A stretch of 64,000 nucleotides of DNA from an uncultured Spirochaetota bacterium (GCA_963783575.1 CAWAOD010000010.1:160001-224000), one strand, 5' to 3'; shown: positions 9,361-20,133, numbered from the stretch's first letter. Notes: generated from the sequence alone by a model not told the origin. Program-made: numbers and translations.

Positions 9361-10630
9361 CCTTCTTATGAAGCTTTTTCATCCAATCGGCGATTTTTTT
9401 CTCAAAACCAAGCTCACCGGGTTGATAATATGAAACAGGCTTTTCTGTGTATTTTTGTTCGGTATAATGATTATGAAAATCATGCGGATATTTATATCCG
9501 ATCCCTCTTCCAAGATTTTCCGCTCCATAAAACCCGGCTTCTCTTAAATATGGCGGAACATTCATTAAATTTCCATTCTGGATATCCGAAAGCGCTTTGT
9601 CAATAGCAATAATTGCTGAATTACTTTTAGGTACCCCGGCTAAAAGTGCGGTTGTTTCTGCCAGAATAATTCTACCCTCAGGCATTCCTATTTTTTCAAT
9701 CGCATTATAGCAGCTTACGGCAACCGGAAGTGCTTCAGGGTAAGCGAGGCCAATATCCTCAGATGCAAGTATGATCAGCCTTCTTGCAATGAACAAGGGA
9801 TCTTCACCGCTGTGTATCATAAAAGCAAGATAATAAATTGCAGCATCAATATCACTGCCACGTACCGATTTGATAAAAGCTGAAATTACATCAAAATGGC
9901 CTTCCGTTTCTGAATATTTTGTGTCGGTTTTTTGTATGATATCCGCTATATCTTTATATGAAATTATAATTTTTTCGGAAGCAGGCTTCGATAATATTGC
10001 CATCTCAAGAGTGTTGAGAATCCGTCTGGCATCATTGGTTAAACGCAAAAGAAAGTCTTTTGCCTCATTATCCAATTCCACATTAATCTTTGAAAGAAAA
10101 GAATCTTTTTTTAAAGCATTCATAAGGATTTTTTCAAGCTCATTTTTTGAGTGAGGCTTGAATTCATAAATAAAAACCCTCGAGCGGAGAGCGGGCTGCA
10201 TAATAAAATAAGGATTTTCAGTTGTAGCACCGATTATTACTACCTCACCGTTTTCCAGGCTTGAAAGAAATGCGTCCTGTTTGGGCTTGATAAGACGGTG
10301 GATTTCATCTATAAATACTATTGTCTTAATTCCCGATAAGGATTTTTGAAAAGCAGTTTTTAAAATGTTTTTAATAGCTTCTGTATCAAGTGTTAACGCA
10401 TTTGTAGTGATAAAGTCATATTGAAGCTCATTTGAAATAATCTCCGCAAGGCTTGTTTTTCCCGTTGCGGGAGGACCGTAAAAAATCATTGAATGAATGG
10501 ATTTATTCCTGATCATGGTAAAAATGGGTTTTCCTTCCGACACAAGATGGATTTGACCTACAAATTCATCAAGTTTCCTTGGCATCATTCTTTTTGATAG
10601 TGGAAGGTTTTTTGATTGAAAAAGCTCCAT
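9347..10630 (-). CDS. rarA: Replication-associated recombination protein A (AAA+)
   Basis: GPPATGKT, FIDEIHR, GATTENP, SAFIKSVRGSD and ASEDIG motifs. Confidence 0.95.
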   Translation of the reverse strand: MELFQSKNLPLSKRMMPRKLDEFVGQIHLVSEGKPIFTMIRNKSIHSMIFYGPPATGKTSLAEIISNELQYDFITTNALTLDTEAIKNILKTAFQKSLSGIKTIVFIDEIHRLIKPKQDAFLSSLENGEVVIIGATTENPYFIMQPALRSRVFIYEFKPHSKNELEKILMNALKKDSFLSKINVELDNEAKDFLLRLTNDARRILNTLEMAILSKPASEKIIISYKDIADIIQKTDTKYSETEGHFDVISAFIKSVRGSDIDAAIYYLAFMIHSGEDPLFIARRLIILASEDIGLAYPEALPVAVSCYNAIEKIGMPEGRIILAETTALLAGVPKSNSAIIAIDKALSDIQNGNLMNVPPYLREAGFYGAENLGRGIGYKYPHDFHNHYTEQKYTEKPVSYYQPGELGFEKKIADWMKKLHKKDGDE

Positions 10631-11710
10631 TTATTTTTCCATCAATTTCATAAACTCATCGAATAAATAATTGGAATCATGAGGCCCGGGCGATGCTTCC
10701 GGATGATATTGAACAGAGAAGGCCGGAAAAGTTTTATGCCTGATTCCCTCGACAGTATGATCGTTTAAATTGATATGAGTAACTTCCATTCCAACCGGAA
10801 TATTATTTTCAACAATAGAAAATCCATGGTTTTGTGATGTGATCTCTACTCTTCCTGTTTTTAAATTCATAACAGGCTGGTTAGCCCCGCGGTGTCCGAA
10901 CTTCAGTTTGTATGTTTTTGCCCCAAGGGCAAGTCCAAGCATTTGATGCCCCAGGCATATCCCGAATATAGGAATCCTGCCGAGCAGGTTCTTAATAGTA
11001 TTTATAACATATGTAACAGCCGCCGGATCGCCAGGACCGTTAGAAATGAATACTCCGTCCGGCTTAAGATCAAGAATCTGACTGCCGGAATATGTCGCCG
11101 GTACAATGGTAATATTTGCATCTCTTAAGTCAAGAAGCCGCAAAATATTTTCTTTAATACCGGTATCCATCGCCACGATATGTTTTCTTCCGGATTGAAA
11201 CTCTTTCCAGCGTTTGGGTTCATGTAAAGTTACCCTTGGAACCAGATCAAGGCCTGTCATATCAGGAACTTTTTCCAGTTTGGCTATTAAACTATTCCGG
11301 TCATAATCAACAGCGGATAATATTCCGTTCATCGCACCTGCGATCCTTATTATCCTGGTTAATTTTCTTGTATCTATTCCTTCAATTCCTGTAACCTTAT
11401 TATTTAAGAGGTAATCCGCCAAACAACCATGGCGATTCCAGCTAGAATCAATTTTCGAAGCTTCTCTAACAATAAACCCCGCTGCCTGTATTTTTCCAGA
11501 TTCTGTATTTTGATCATTCACACCGTAATTTCCAATCAAAGGATAAGTCATCGTTATAATCTGCCCTGTATATGAGGGATCTGTTAAAATCTCCTGGTAT
11601 CCTGTCATTGATGTATTGAAAACTACCTCACCCATCGCCTCGCCCTTATAACCGAAATTCCGCCCGATGAACATTTCACCATTTTCCAGAAGCAGAACAG
11701 CTTTATCCAT
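10631..11710 (-). CDS. carA: Carbamoyl-phosphate synthase small subunit
   Basis: GEVVFNTSMTGYQE, SNGPGDP, GICLGHQ, QYHPEASPGPHD. Confidence 0.97.
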   Translation of the reverse strand: MDKAVLLLENGEMFIGRNFGYKGEAMGEVVFNTSMTGYQEILTDPSYTGQIITMTYPLIGNYGVNDQNTESGKIQAAGFIVREASKIDSSWNRHGCLADYLLNNKVTGIEGIDTRKLTRIIRIAGAMNGILSAVDYDRNSLIAKLEKVPDMTGLDLVPRVTLHEPKRWKEFQSGRKHIVAMDTGIKENILRLLDLRDANITIVPATYSGSQILDLKPDGVFISNGPGDPAAVTYVINTIKNLLGRIPIFGICLGHQMLGLALGAKTYKLKFGHRGANQPVMNLKTGRVEITSQNHGFSIVENNIPVGMEVTHINLNDHTVEGIRHKTFPAFSVQYHPEASPGPHDSNYLFDEFMKLMEK

Positions 11711-11827
11711 AAATAATTCCTCTATTTACTTTAAATATAATATAGATATTTTACCATAATATCAGCTTTATCACAAATTCAAAGGTGATCGGTCAGTTAT
11801 CTTGGAAGTTAATTAACTATTGTTACC

Positions 11828-11903
11828 ATTCCCCTTTTCAAAGGGGGCTAGGCGGATTTAAAATATTAGAAGAATCTCCCCACCCTCTTTGAAAAGTGGG
11901 AGT
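11828..11903. repeat. Inverted REP-like doublet (REPIN-like)
   Basis: CCCCTTTTCAAAGGGGG palindrome, then an inverted similar copy AATCTCCCCACCCTCTTTGAAAAGTGGGAGT, GC-rich within an AT-rich intergenic region. Confidence 0.65.
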
Positions 11904-11967
11904 TTATTACAAACATATTATAGTAGGTAATATATTACTACTATTTTAAAATAAAATTTAAAAACTA

Positions 11968-11996
11968 TTGACATAATTTATAAAAAGTGAGATAAT
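11968..11996 (+). promoter_or_regulatory. sigma70 promoter upstream of the ftsQAZ cluster
   Basis: TTGACA-17 nt-GATAAT. Confidence 0.5.
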
Positions 11997-12072
11997 GTTA
12001 TAAAGATGTGAAATAGCTAATAATATGAGATATTTTATTTAAAAAAATATTAATCCGTTTTCCTAATTAAGA

Positions 12073-12444
12073 TTGGGAATTAAAAAATTTGAGGGGAATC
12101 TTGTGGCAGAATTAACCGACCGTTTGAATTTACCGGCGGCAGGATTTTACGGATTTGAAATTAATACTACTTTAAAAACTTATAAAAAAAGCCCAAGGAT
12201 ATTTAATAATAAGCCAAAAAAACACTTCATAAATTTTATTTCTAAAAGTAGACTTGATGAAATCCCTTCCTTTAAATTACTTGATCGATTTTACAGCATT
12301 AACATATATAATTCCAGAACAGAATCCATTATATTTCAAATTATAAGATTAATAAAAAATACAATTTCTGCTATAACTGGATATATAACAGATATTATAT
12401 TTATTAGATATATTTCACATAAATCACCAAACCCTCATAATTAG
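12073..12444 (+). CDS. Hypothetical protein (probable start GTG 12103)
   Basis: ORF between promoter and ftsQ, GAGGGG RBS before GTG, no recognisable motif. Confidence 0.4.
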   Translation: MGIKKFEGNLVAELTDRLNLPAAGFYGFEINTTLKTYKKSPRIFNNKPKKHFINFISKSRLDEIPSFKLLDRFYSINIYNSRTESIIFQIIRLIKNTISAITGYITDIIFIRYISHKSPNPHN

Positions 12445-12452
12445 GAATTTTT

Positions 12453-13164
12453 ATGGAAAAGATTATTTCAAACTTTTTCATATTGCTTTTTTTTGGAGCA
12501 GTAATATTAGGATTACATTTCGTAATATATAAAATTTTAGTTAATCAAGGAGTCATGAAGCTTAAAGGGTATTTATGTTTCCGGCAACCGTTTATTACAA
12601 ACCGGTAATATTATTGAATCATCAGGCATTTCCAGAGGGATTGGTATTTTTGATTTTTCACTGCAGGAGCTGGCGGCAAATATCTGCACAAACAGGCTTG
12701 TAGAATTCGCTGAAGTGAAAAGATATCCTCCGGACAGCCTTGAAATAAAAATTAAAGAAAGACAGCCGGTATGCGCTGTTTCAATATTTAATAATTTTTA
12801 TATGTGTGATAAAAATGGACACATATTAATGAACGGATATTATAACGGATTCCCTGTTATAATCCCGGATTTCGATTTTTCATATAAGAATGATGAAATA
12901 AAAGATGAGTATATAAAATTAGTACTTAATAAACTATATAATGTTGCAAATTTAAATAGAATAAATAAAATTTATATAAAAAAAATAGAAGGAATTTATA
13001 TTACATTAAAAAATCTTGACGGAACATTGTTTTTTATAGGAAAAAATATATCTGATAATGATATATTCAATAAAATATTCAGTGTTGCAGACAAAATAAT
13101 AAGCGACAATTTAAAAATTAAGTTCATTGATATTAATAAAGAAAATGCTATCGGATTTAAATAA
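12453..13164 (+). CDS. ftsQ: Cell division protein FtsQ/DivIB, with a 1-nt frameshift at 12567-12569
   Basis: ATG 12453 encodes a TM anchor (FFILLFFGAVILGLHFVIY). Removing one G joins it to a POTRA-like IYVSGNRLL...VKRYPPDSLEIKIKER segment. It lies directly upstream of ftsA. Confidence 0.8.
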
Positions 13165-13223
13165 ATTCGTTATTTAGGTTTTTTGCCGCTGCGATTGATT
13201 TTATAATAGTACAGGAGGATAGC

Positions 13224-14459
13224 TTGGATCCGCGAATTGTTGTTGGTATGGATATTGGCACAACAAAAGTTTGTACCGTGGTTGCAAAAATCAACGAAAT
13301 TGATGAGCTTGAGATCCTTGGAGTCGGACTTGTACCTTCAAAGGGTTTAAGGAAAGGAGTTGTTATTAATATAGACAGTACTGCTTCATCAATTGCCGCC
13401 TCAGTTGAAAAATCTGAAATTCAGGCCGGCATCGAAGTCAAAGGAGTTTATATCGGAATATCAGGCGGTCATGTTGAAGGCATTAACAGTAAAGGAGTGA
13501 TTGCGGTTTCAGATAAAAACAAAGAAATCGGGGAAGCTGATGTCAGAAGAGTTATCGATGCCGCGACAGCAATTGTTATACCGGTTGACAGAGAAGTGAT
13601 TCATATTATCCCTCAAGAATTTATTGTTGACGACCAGGATGGGATAAAAGACCCTATCGGTATGTCCGGAATCCGACTTGAAGCTGTTGTAAATGTCATA
13701 ACGGCCGCCGCGACTTCTGTAAATAATATTGTAAAAAGTGTAAATAAAGCCGGCCTGGAAACTGCGGACATTGTTCTTGAACCGCTTGCTTCCGCGCAGG
13801 CAATACTTACGGAAGAAGAAAAAGAATTAGGCGTTGCCCTGGTGGATATCGGCGGTGGAACAACGGATTATGTTATTTTTGAAGAGGGAAGTTTGAGAAA
13901 AACCGGTATTTTTTCAATCGGGGGGAACCATATTACCAACGATATAGCCTTCGGGCTTAAAACGCCTCCGCTTGCCGCCGAGGAAATTAAAAGAAAGTAC
14001 GGCGCCGCAATTGCAGATTATGTTTCCGGTGAAGATGAAATCGAAGTCCCGGGATTAGGCGGGAGGCAGCCTACTTTTGAGAAAAGAAAAACATTAATTG
14101 ATATTATTGAGCCACGTATTGAAGAGATATTGTCACTTGTTAACAGTGAAATAGAAAAAACAGGGAAAAAAGAATTTCTTGCGGCCGGTATCGTATTAAC
14201 AGGCGGTGTTGCATTGACACCTTATATAGTGGACCTAGCTGGAGAGATATTCAACCTGCCTGTGAGAATCGGAAGGCCTTTAGGTATTAAAGGGCTTAAG
14301 GATATAGTCGACAGCCCTGTTTTTTCTACGGCGGTGGGATTGGCTTTATATGCAAAAGATAACCAGCCGAAACTGGGTCCAACAAATTCCAGGGATGATG
14401 AAAAGAATTTTAAATCAATAATTGATAGAATGAGGCAATGGTTCAACGAATTTTTTTGA
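13224..14459 (+). CDS. ftsA: Cell division protein FtsA
   Basis: GMDIGTTKV, VDIGGGTTD, VLTGG motifs. Confidence 0.98.
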   Translation: MDPRIVVGMDIGTTKVCTVVAKINEIDELEILGVGLVPSKGLRKGVVINIDSTASSIAASVEKSEIQAGIEVKGVYIGISGGHVEGINSKGVIAVSDKNKEIGEADVRRVIDAATAIVIPVDREVIHIIPQEFIVDDQDGIKDPIGMSGIRLEAVVNVITAAATSVNNIVKSVNKAGLETADIVLEPLASAQAILTEEEKELGVALVDIGGGTTDYVIFEEGSLRKTGIFSIGGNHITNDIAFGLKTPPLAAEEIKRKYGAAIADYVSGEDEIEVPGLGGRQPTFEKRKTLIDIIEPRIEEILSLVNSEIEKTGKKEFLAAGIVLTGGVALTPYIVDLAGEIFNLPVRIGRPLGIKGLKDIVDSPVFSTAVGLALYAKDNQPKLGPTNSRDDEKNFKSIIDRMRQWFNEFF

Positions 14460-14511
14460 TAGCAAAGTAATTAGTTAATATATTAAGATTTATTTTGGGA
14501 GGGAAGTCTTT

Positions 14512-15723
14512 ATGATGGTTGAAAGATATGCGGAATCAATCGCTAATAACATTCCGGGATTGATTGTCGAAGATGAAGTAATTACAAAGATCAAAGTCGT
14601 CGGTATCGGTGGAGCAGGTTGTAATGCTATCAACCGTATGATCGAAGACGGCATCAGCAACGTGGAGTTTGTCGCCGTCAACACCGATGCGCAGGTACTT
14701 AAAAACACCCTGGCAAAAACAACATTACAGATCGGCGCCAGATCGACCAAAGGACTGGGAGCCGGTGCAAAACCCGATGTGGGAGAAAAAGCCGCCCAGG
14801 AAGATGTGGAAGAAATTAAAAAGCTTCTGGATAAGAGCAATATGGTTTTTATAACAGCCGGAATGGGCGGAGGAACAGGAACCGGAGCCGCACCGGTTTT
14901 CGCAAAAGTGGCAAAGGATATGGGAGTCTTAACGGTTGCTGTTGTCACCATACCTTTTGATTTTGAGGGAAAAAGAAGGATTGAGGTTGCTTATCAGGGT
15001 ATTTCTAAATTAAAGGAACATGTCGATACGATGCTGGTCATCTCAAATTCCAGGATATTTAAAGTAATTGAGAGAAAAGCCGGGGTTAAGCAGGCTTTTC
15101 ACAAGATTGACGAAGTATTAAAACAGGCTGTCCAGGGAATATCAAGCATCATAACAGATGTTGGAATTATAAATGTTGATTTTGCCGATGTCAAAACCGT
15201 TCTTTCAAACCGCGGCGAAGCAATTATGGGGATTGGAATAGCACATGGCGAGAACAGGGCTATCGATGCAGCAAAAATGGCCCTGGAAAATCCGCTTATT
15301 GAGAATTCATCGTTCAAGAATGCGGGGGCAATGCTTGTCAATATAATAGGGGGCCCTGATTTCGCAATGTCGGAGTATGATGAAGCAGCTAAAACGATAG
15401 CGGAATACTGCAGAGAGGACGCCGAAATCATTGTTGGGTTGAATGTAGATGAGAATTTAAAAGATAAGATAAAGATAATTATAATTGCAACGGATTTTTT
15501 ACCGGCAAACACTACCATTGAAAATGAAACGGTACCTATACCTGCAGAAAGCATATTTGAAGAAAGAAAAGTCGTTTCACTGGCAGAGATCAGGCAGGAA
15601 AGATCAAGATTAAAAAACAGCCGGAATGAAATACCAAAAAATATTCTTAAAACCGAAGGGCACTCAAGAATAGAAGAAGATTATGAAACTCCGGCTTTTT
15701 TAAGAAAAAGAAAAATGGGTTAA
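14512..15723 (+). CDS. ftsZ: Cell division protein FtsZ
   Basis: GGGTGTG tubulin signature, NVDFADV, C-terminal PAFLRK. Confidence 0.99.
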   Translation: MMVERYAESIANNIPGLIVEDEVITKIKVVGIGGAGCNAINRMIEDGISNVEFVAVNTDAQVLKNTLAKTTLQIGARSTKGLGAGAKPDVGEKAAQEDVEEIKKLLDKSNMVFITAGMGGGTGTGAAPVFAKVAKDMGVLTVAVVTIPFDFEGKRRIEVAYQGISKLKEHVDTMLVISNSRIFKVIERKAGVKQAFHKIDEVLKQAVQGISSIITDVGIINVDFADVKTVLSNRGEAIMGIGIAHGENRAIDAAKMALENPLIENSSFKNAGAMLVNIIGGPDFAMSEYDEAAKTIAEYCREDAEIIVGLNVDENLKDKIKIIIIATDFLPANTTIENETVPIPAESIFEERKVVSLAEIRQERSRLKNSRNEIPKNILKTEGHSRIEEDYETPAFLRKRKMG

Positions 15724-15730
15724 ATGCCAA

Positions 15731-16444
15731 TTAAATTAATTCATTTAATATTGTTTCAACAGATTTAATCTTGCTTTCTGCTTCCAGTACGGAACGGCCC
15801 ATTACAATATAATCAGCCCCGAGTTTTTTTGCTGTTTTTGGATCCATTACTCGTTTCTGATCGCCATTGGATTCGCCGGGCATTCTAACGCCGGGTGTTA
15901 CAAGAGTTATATCATTGCCGAACTCTTTCCTTAAAATCTCAATTTCATACGGAGAGCAGACAAATCCTCTTATTCCTTCATTATATCCCAATCCGGCAAG
16001 GTGTTTTACCAATTCACCGGCGGACAGATTTATTTTAAGGTCATTTTTTAAAATACCGTCATTCATACTTGTTAATACTGTTACGCCGAGTATCAAAGGT
16101 TCTTTGTATCCCGGTTTTTTCTTTATTATGACTTCTTTTACTCCTTCAAGTGAGGCTTTAATCATTTCTCTCCCGCCAAGAAGATGAATTGTTAACATTT
16201 CTATTCCCAATTCTGCTGCTACGGAACAGATTCCTTTTACCGTATTGGGTATATCATAAAATTTCAAATCAAGAAAAACCTTTTTATCTTTTGAATGGAG
16301 ATAATCTATTATTTTATTTCCAGCTAAAGTATAAAGGATACTTCCGACCTTAAATATATCTACCATTGGCGACAATTCTTCAATTATTTTCTCGGCCTCA
16401 ATAAAATCCTTTACATCCAGAGCAACGATAAGTTTGGTCTGCAT
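15731..16444 (-). CDS. pyrF: Orotidine-5'-phosphate decarboxylase
   Basis: LDLKFYDIPNTV, TPGVR, DQKR motifs. Confidence 0.96.
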   Translation of the reverse strand: MQTKLIVALDVKDFIEAEKIIEELSPMVDIFKVGSILYTLAGNKIIDYLHSKDKKVFLDLKFYDIPNTVKGICSVAAELGIEMLTIHLLGGREMIKASLEGVKEVIIKKKPGYKEPLILGVTVLTSMNDGILKNDLKINLSAGELVKHLAGLGYNEGIRGFVCSPYEIEILRKEFGNDITLVTPGVRMPGESNGDQKRVMDPKTAKKLGADYIVMGRSVLEAESKIKSVETILNELI

Positions 16445-16524
16445 AATATTCTCCCCATATTAATCAATGATTATTATAATATATTATGAGAATTTAGTTA
16501 AAATATCCAATACATTATTTTACT

Positions 16525-16552
16525 TCAATTTCTCATTATCTTTTGACGATAA
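16525..16552 (+). promoter_or_regulatory. Possible sigma28/SigD-type promoter
   Basis: TCAA-16 nt-GACGATAA resembles the TAAA-N15/16-GCCGATAA consensus. Confidence 0.3.
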
Positions 16553-16666
16553 TTAGTCGAAAGTCATAGTCGGGAGATGAAAATAACATATAATTACTAA
16601 CAGGCTAATTAACTTTCGACTAACCGACTAATTGACTAGAAGACTAACTGACAAAGGATTACAAAT

Positions 16667-17308
16667 ATGCCAAAAAAAAGTTTTTATAAAATATTAACAG
16701 ATAATGAACTTTTTCTTTTAATAAAAAATAATCATCTTGCAGAAAATGAATTTTACAGAAGATATAAAATTAAAGTTAAGGGATTGATAAAGAATTATAG
16801 ATTAAATTCCCTTGAACGTGAAGACCTTATCCAGGAAGGAATGATCGGATTGTTCCAGGCAATAGAATCCTTCGATAAACAAAAAGGGGTAAAATTCTCA
16901 ACATATTCTATGGTATGCATAAAAAACAGAATTTACAATTCCCTTAATTCAATTTGGAAGCATAAAAAAAAGATCGATGAAGAAAAAGATATTGAAGAGA
17001 TCGTATCCGGGAATAATCCTGAAAGCGACACAATAAAGTCCGAACTTTCAGTTAATATCGAAAACGCGATATCGCATTTAAGCGAACTTGAACAGAAAAT
17101 AATTGAGAAATACCTGAATAATATGAGTTATAAAAATATTGCATCAGAGCTTGAAATTTCTACAAAAAAAGTTGATAATATCTTAATGAAGATTAAGTTA
17201 AAACTAACCAGATACCTGAATGAAAGCCAGAATATTATACCGGCTTCAAAAAAACAAGGGGAAAACCACAAAATCATTAAAAGATTCGCTGAAAAAGGGG
17301 GACAGTAA
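16667..17308 (+). CDS. Sigma-70 family RNA polymerase sigma factor (SigH-like)
   Basis: Region 2 EDLIQEGMIGLFQAI...KFSTYSMVCIKN and region 4 SYKNIASELEISTKKVDN. Confidence 0.88.
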   Translation: MPKKSFYKILTDNELFLLIKNNHLAENEFYRRYKIKVKGLIKNYRLNSLEREDLIQEGMIGLFQAIESFDKQKGVKFSTYSMVCIKNRIYNSLNSIWKHKKKIDEEKDIEEIVSGNNPESDTIKSELSVNIENAISHLSELEQKIIEKYLNNMSYKNIASELEISTKKVDNILMKIKLKLTRYLNESQNIIPASKKQGENHKIIKRFAEKGGQ

Positions 17309-17611
17309 ATGAAGTTAAATATTAAGGCTTTATCATTATCATTTTCTATTTTAGGGTTTTGTTTAAGTTTTGTCATCGGGATTTGGTTCAGCGCAACCGG
17401 TTATGGAAAGCTTGTGCTTGACTTGCTGTCTTCATTTTATGCTAATATCGTACAGTTTAGGTTCAATCCCTTATTATCGTTTGGGACTAATCTATCTTCA
17501 AACTTTTTATCTATTTTTCTTCTAAGTCTTTTTACTTTTATAGATGGCATAATCATTGGAATCATTTTCGGTTCACTTTATAATCTTTTTATTCCTAAGA
17601 CAAAAAAATAG
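17309..17611 (+). CDS. Small two-TM membrane protein
   Basis: Two hydrophobic segments, DGIIIGIIFGSLYN tail, starts immediately after the sigma gene stop. Confidence 0.7.
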   Translation: MKLNIKALSLSFSILGFCLSFVIGIWFSATGYGKLVLDLLSSFYANIVQFRFNPLLSFGTNLSSNFLSIFLLSLFTFIDGIIIGIIFGSLYNLFIPKTKK

Positions 17612-17623
17612 GATTATCTTATA

Positions 17624-18415
17624 ATGGAAACGCTGAAGAATTTAATAAAAAACATAACAAAATCCTTCGCATTGAAATTTAAATATTACGGAGGAATAGC
17701 ATCTCTAATTGTTTATTCAATTTCAAATTATATTAGTGATAATAAAGGAAGAAAGAGCATTAATAAAGTCATAATAATGCAGATTTATTTTACAGGAAAC
17801 CTGGCATTAAAGATCATCGGCCTCGTCGCTTTAGCTCTTGGAGCCATAACTGTAATACAACTTTTTACACAGCTCAGTAACGTCGGAGCCCTGGATTACG
17901 TGGGAAAAATTCTAAGCATTGTTATAATTCGTGAATTGGGACCAATTATTACTGCATTTATTGTGATCAGCCGTTCCGGTACTGCAATTGCCGCAGAAAT
18001 CGGCACAATGATGGTTAATGATGAGATCAATGCCCTTGAAATGCTTGGGATAAACACGCTCAAATATATAGTGTTCCCTAGAATAGCCGGAATGGTAATC
18101 GCTATGGTTCTTTTAACAATGTATTTCAATGCCATCGGTATCATTGGCGGATTTATTGTGGGAAGTATCTATGCTAATATTAGCTATGATATGTTCATCA
18201 CATATGTTATGAACTCGATCACCTATCTGGATATATTGACCAGTATAATTAAAAGCGCCGTTTTCGGCGTTTTTATTTCAACTATAGCAATTTATTATGG
18301 TTTTCAGGCGTTTGTGTCAACACAGATCCCCCAGGTAACAACAAAAGCAGTTGTAAGCACGATATTTGCAATGTTTTTCTTTGATGTTTTAATAACTTTA
18401 GTTATTTATTTGTAG
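17624..18415 (+). CDS. mlaE: MlaE-family lipid ABC permease
   Basis: RELGPIITAF...SRSGTAIAAEIGTM...EINALE motif. Confidence 0.92.
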   Translation: METLKNLIKNITKSFALKFKYYGGIASLIVYSISNYISDNKGRKSINKVIIMQIYFTGNLALKIIGLVALALGAITVIQLFTQLSNVGALDYVGKILSIVIIRELGPIITAFIVISRSGTAIAAEIGTMMVNDEINALEMLGINTLKYIVFPRIAGMVIAMVLLTMYFNAIGIIGGFIVGSIYANISYDMFITYVMNSITYLDILTSIIKSAVFGVFISTIAIYYGFQAFVSTQIPQVTTKAVVSTIFAMFFFDVLITLVIYL

Positions 18416-18422
18416 GTATGAT

Positions 18423-19151
18423 ATGGGAAATATCTCGTTGAAAAATGTTATATTAAAATATGAAAAAGAAACGGTAATAAACGATATAAGTGAGAATATT
18501 TATGACGGAGAAATTTATGCAGTCATCGGTTCTTCAGGAAGCGGCAAAACCGCCTTGCTTAAGGTAATAGCGGGATTAGCTCTTATAAATAGCGGAATAG
18601 TCGATGTCAAAGGAAAAAATATTGTAAAATTTTCTCAAAAACAGATGCTGAGTTATCATAAAAATTGCGGTTTTGTGTTCCAGAATTCCGCCTTGATAAG
18701 CAATATGAGTATTTACGAAAATCTTTCAATATATTATAATTATCATACGAGTATGAAGGAAATTGAAATATATGATAAGATAAAAAAGTTCCTGGATTAC
18801 GTAGGGTTTTCTGAAAATCTTTCATACAGGCCGAACTTCATCAGCACAGGTGAAAAAATGCTTGTAAATATTGTAAGAGCTATCTCTCATGACCCGGAGT
18901 TTGTTTTCTGGGATAATCCTTTTGCGAATCTTGATGCGATATACCAGAAAAGGGTTAAGAAAATTATTTCTGATCTGAAAAAACAGGGTAAAACTTTACT
19001 CCTGGTAACAAATGATTTTGACTTCGCCCTTTCTAACGCGGACAGAATTTGTATACTACACAAAGGATCAATAATTGAAAGCGGAACACCTGCTGATATT
19101 CAAAACTCTACACAAGAAATCACCAGGAAACTGATGAATAAGGGGGATTAA
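18423..19151 (+). CDS. MlaF-like ABC ATP-binding protein with degenerate motifs
   Basis: Walker A GSSGSGKT and FVFQ Q-loop present. Walker B reads FWDNP and H-loop reads VTND. Confidence 0.85.
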   Translation: MGNISLKNVILKYEKETVINDISENIYDGEIYAVIGSSGSGKTALLKVIAGLALINSGIVDVKGKNIVKFSQKQMLSYHKNCGFVFQNSALISNMSIYENLSIYYNYHTSMKEIEIYDKIKKFLDYVGFSENLSYRPNFISTGEKMLVNIVRAISHDPEFVFWDNPFANLDAIYQKRVKKIISDLKKQGKTLLLVTNDFDFALSNADRICILHKGSIIESGTPADIQNSTQEITRKLMNKGD

Positions 19152-19152
19152 A

Positions 19153-20133
19153 ATGCCTTTTACATTCAAGAACACCCAAAAAGCCGTAGCCGCGTTTTTT
19201 TTAATAGGAATTTTTTTATTTTTTGCGATTTTGTTTTTAGTCGGTAAAGGCAGCGATTTATTCACCTTCAAGGACAATTATTATTCAAATTATGATGAAG
19301 GTTACGGAATCGGAGGCGGATCGATCATAAAATATAAAGGTATTAACATCGGAAAGGTTAGAAAAATTACCCTTACTGAAATGGATAAAATCAGGGTTGA
19401 TTTATGGATAGACGCCGATTATACAAGAGTAGTCAAAGAAGGCTGTGTTATGAAAGTACAGACAAGCCTTTTAGGTTCGGCAAATCTGGAACTGGGTCCG
19501 ACTATGTTAACCGATGCGGTGCTTATACCGCCCGGTAATGAGATCCTATCCTCCGATACAGAGAAAGGAAGAGAAATTATTGCAAAAGCTTCGGAACAGG
19601 TACAGAAAAAAGATGACCTTCAGGCAAAGGCAAAGGAAATTCTTGATTATATCGCATCGCTTAAACCGGTGATAAGCGGCACCCTGGCCAATGTCAGGGA
19701 CTCTACTGCAAGCGTAAAGTCAATTCTCGGCGGATTGAAGGGAGATGAAAGGACAGTTGTATCCGATAAACTCCTTGCGACTATAGACAGCACAATGTCT
19801 ACAATTGAGAATGTAAAATCAATAGCTAAAACAATAAACGATTTTTCTACCCAGATAATATCAACAAATAATACAATCGGCGCTGTTGTTATGGATAACA
19901 AAACACTTTACAATAAAATTGACAGCATGATGAATTCTATTGATGCATCACTAAAAAATGTCAAAACAATCAGTGATAAGCTCGTTAATACTCCTGAGGA
20001 TGTGAAGAAACTAACATTCCTTTTGCAGGATAATCTTATTGAACTGAAGAAGGTTTTAGCAGGGATTAAAAATATCGTCGGCGGCGATAAGGTTGTTGAG
20101 AAAAATATTAATGCAGGGGATAGAAATCAATGA
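19153..20133 (+). CDS. MlaD/MCE-domain protein with helical extension
   Basis: N-terminal TM, IKYKGINIGKV MCE motif, long helical C-terminus. Confidence 0.88.
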   Translation: MPFTFKNTQKAVAAFFLIGIFLFFAILFLVGKGSDLFTFKDNYYSNYDEGYGIGGGSIIKYKGINIGKVRKITLTEMDKIRVDLWIDADYTRVVKEGCVMKVQTSLLGSANLELGPTMLTDAVLIPPGNEILSSDTEKGREIIAKASEQVQKKDDLQAKAKEILDYIASLKPVISGTLANVRDSTASVKSILGGLKGDERTVVSDKLLATIDSTMSTIENVKSIAKTINDFSTQIISTNNTIGAVVMDNKTLYNKIDSMMNSIDASLKNVKTISDKLVNTPEDVKKLTFLLQDNLIELKKVLAGIKNIVGGDKVVEKNINAGDRNQ

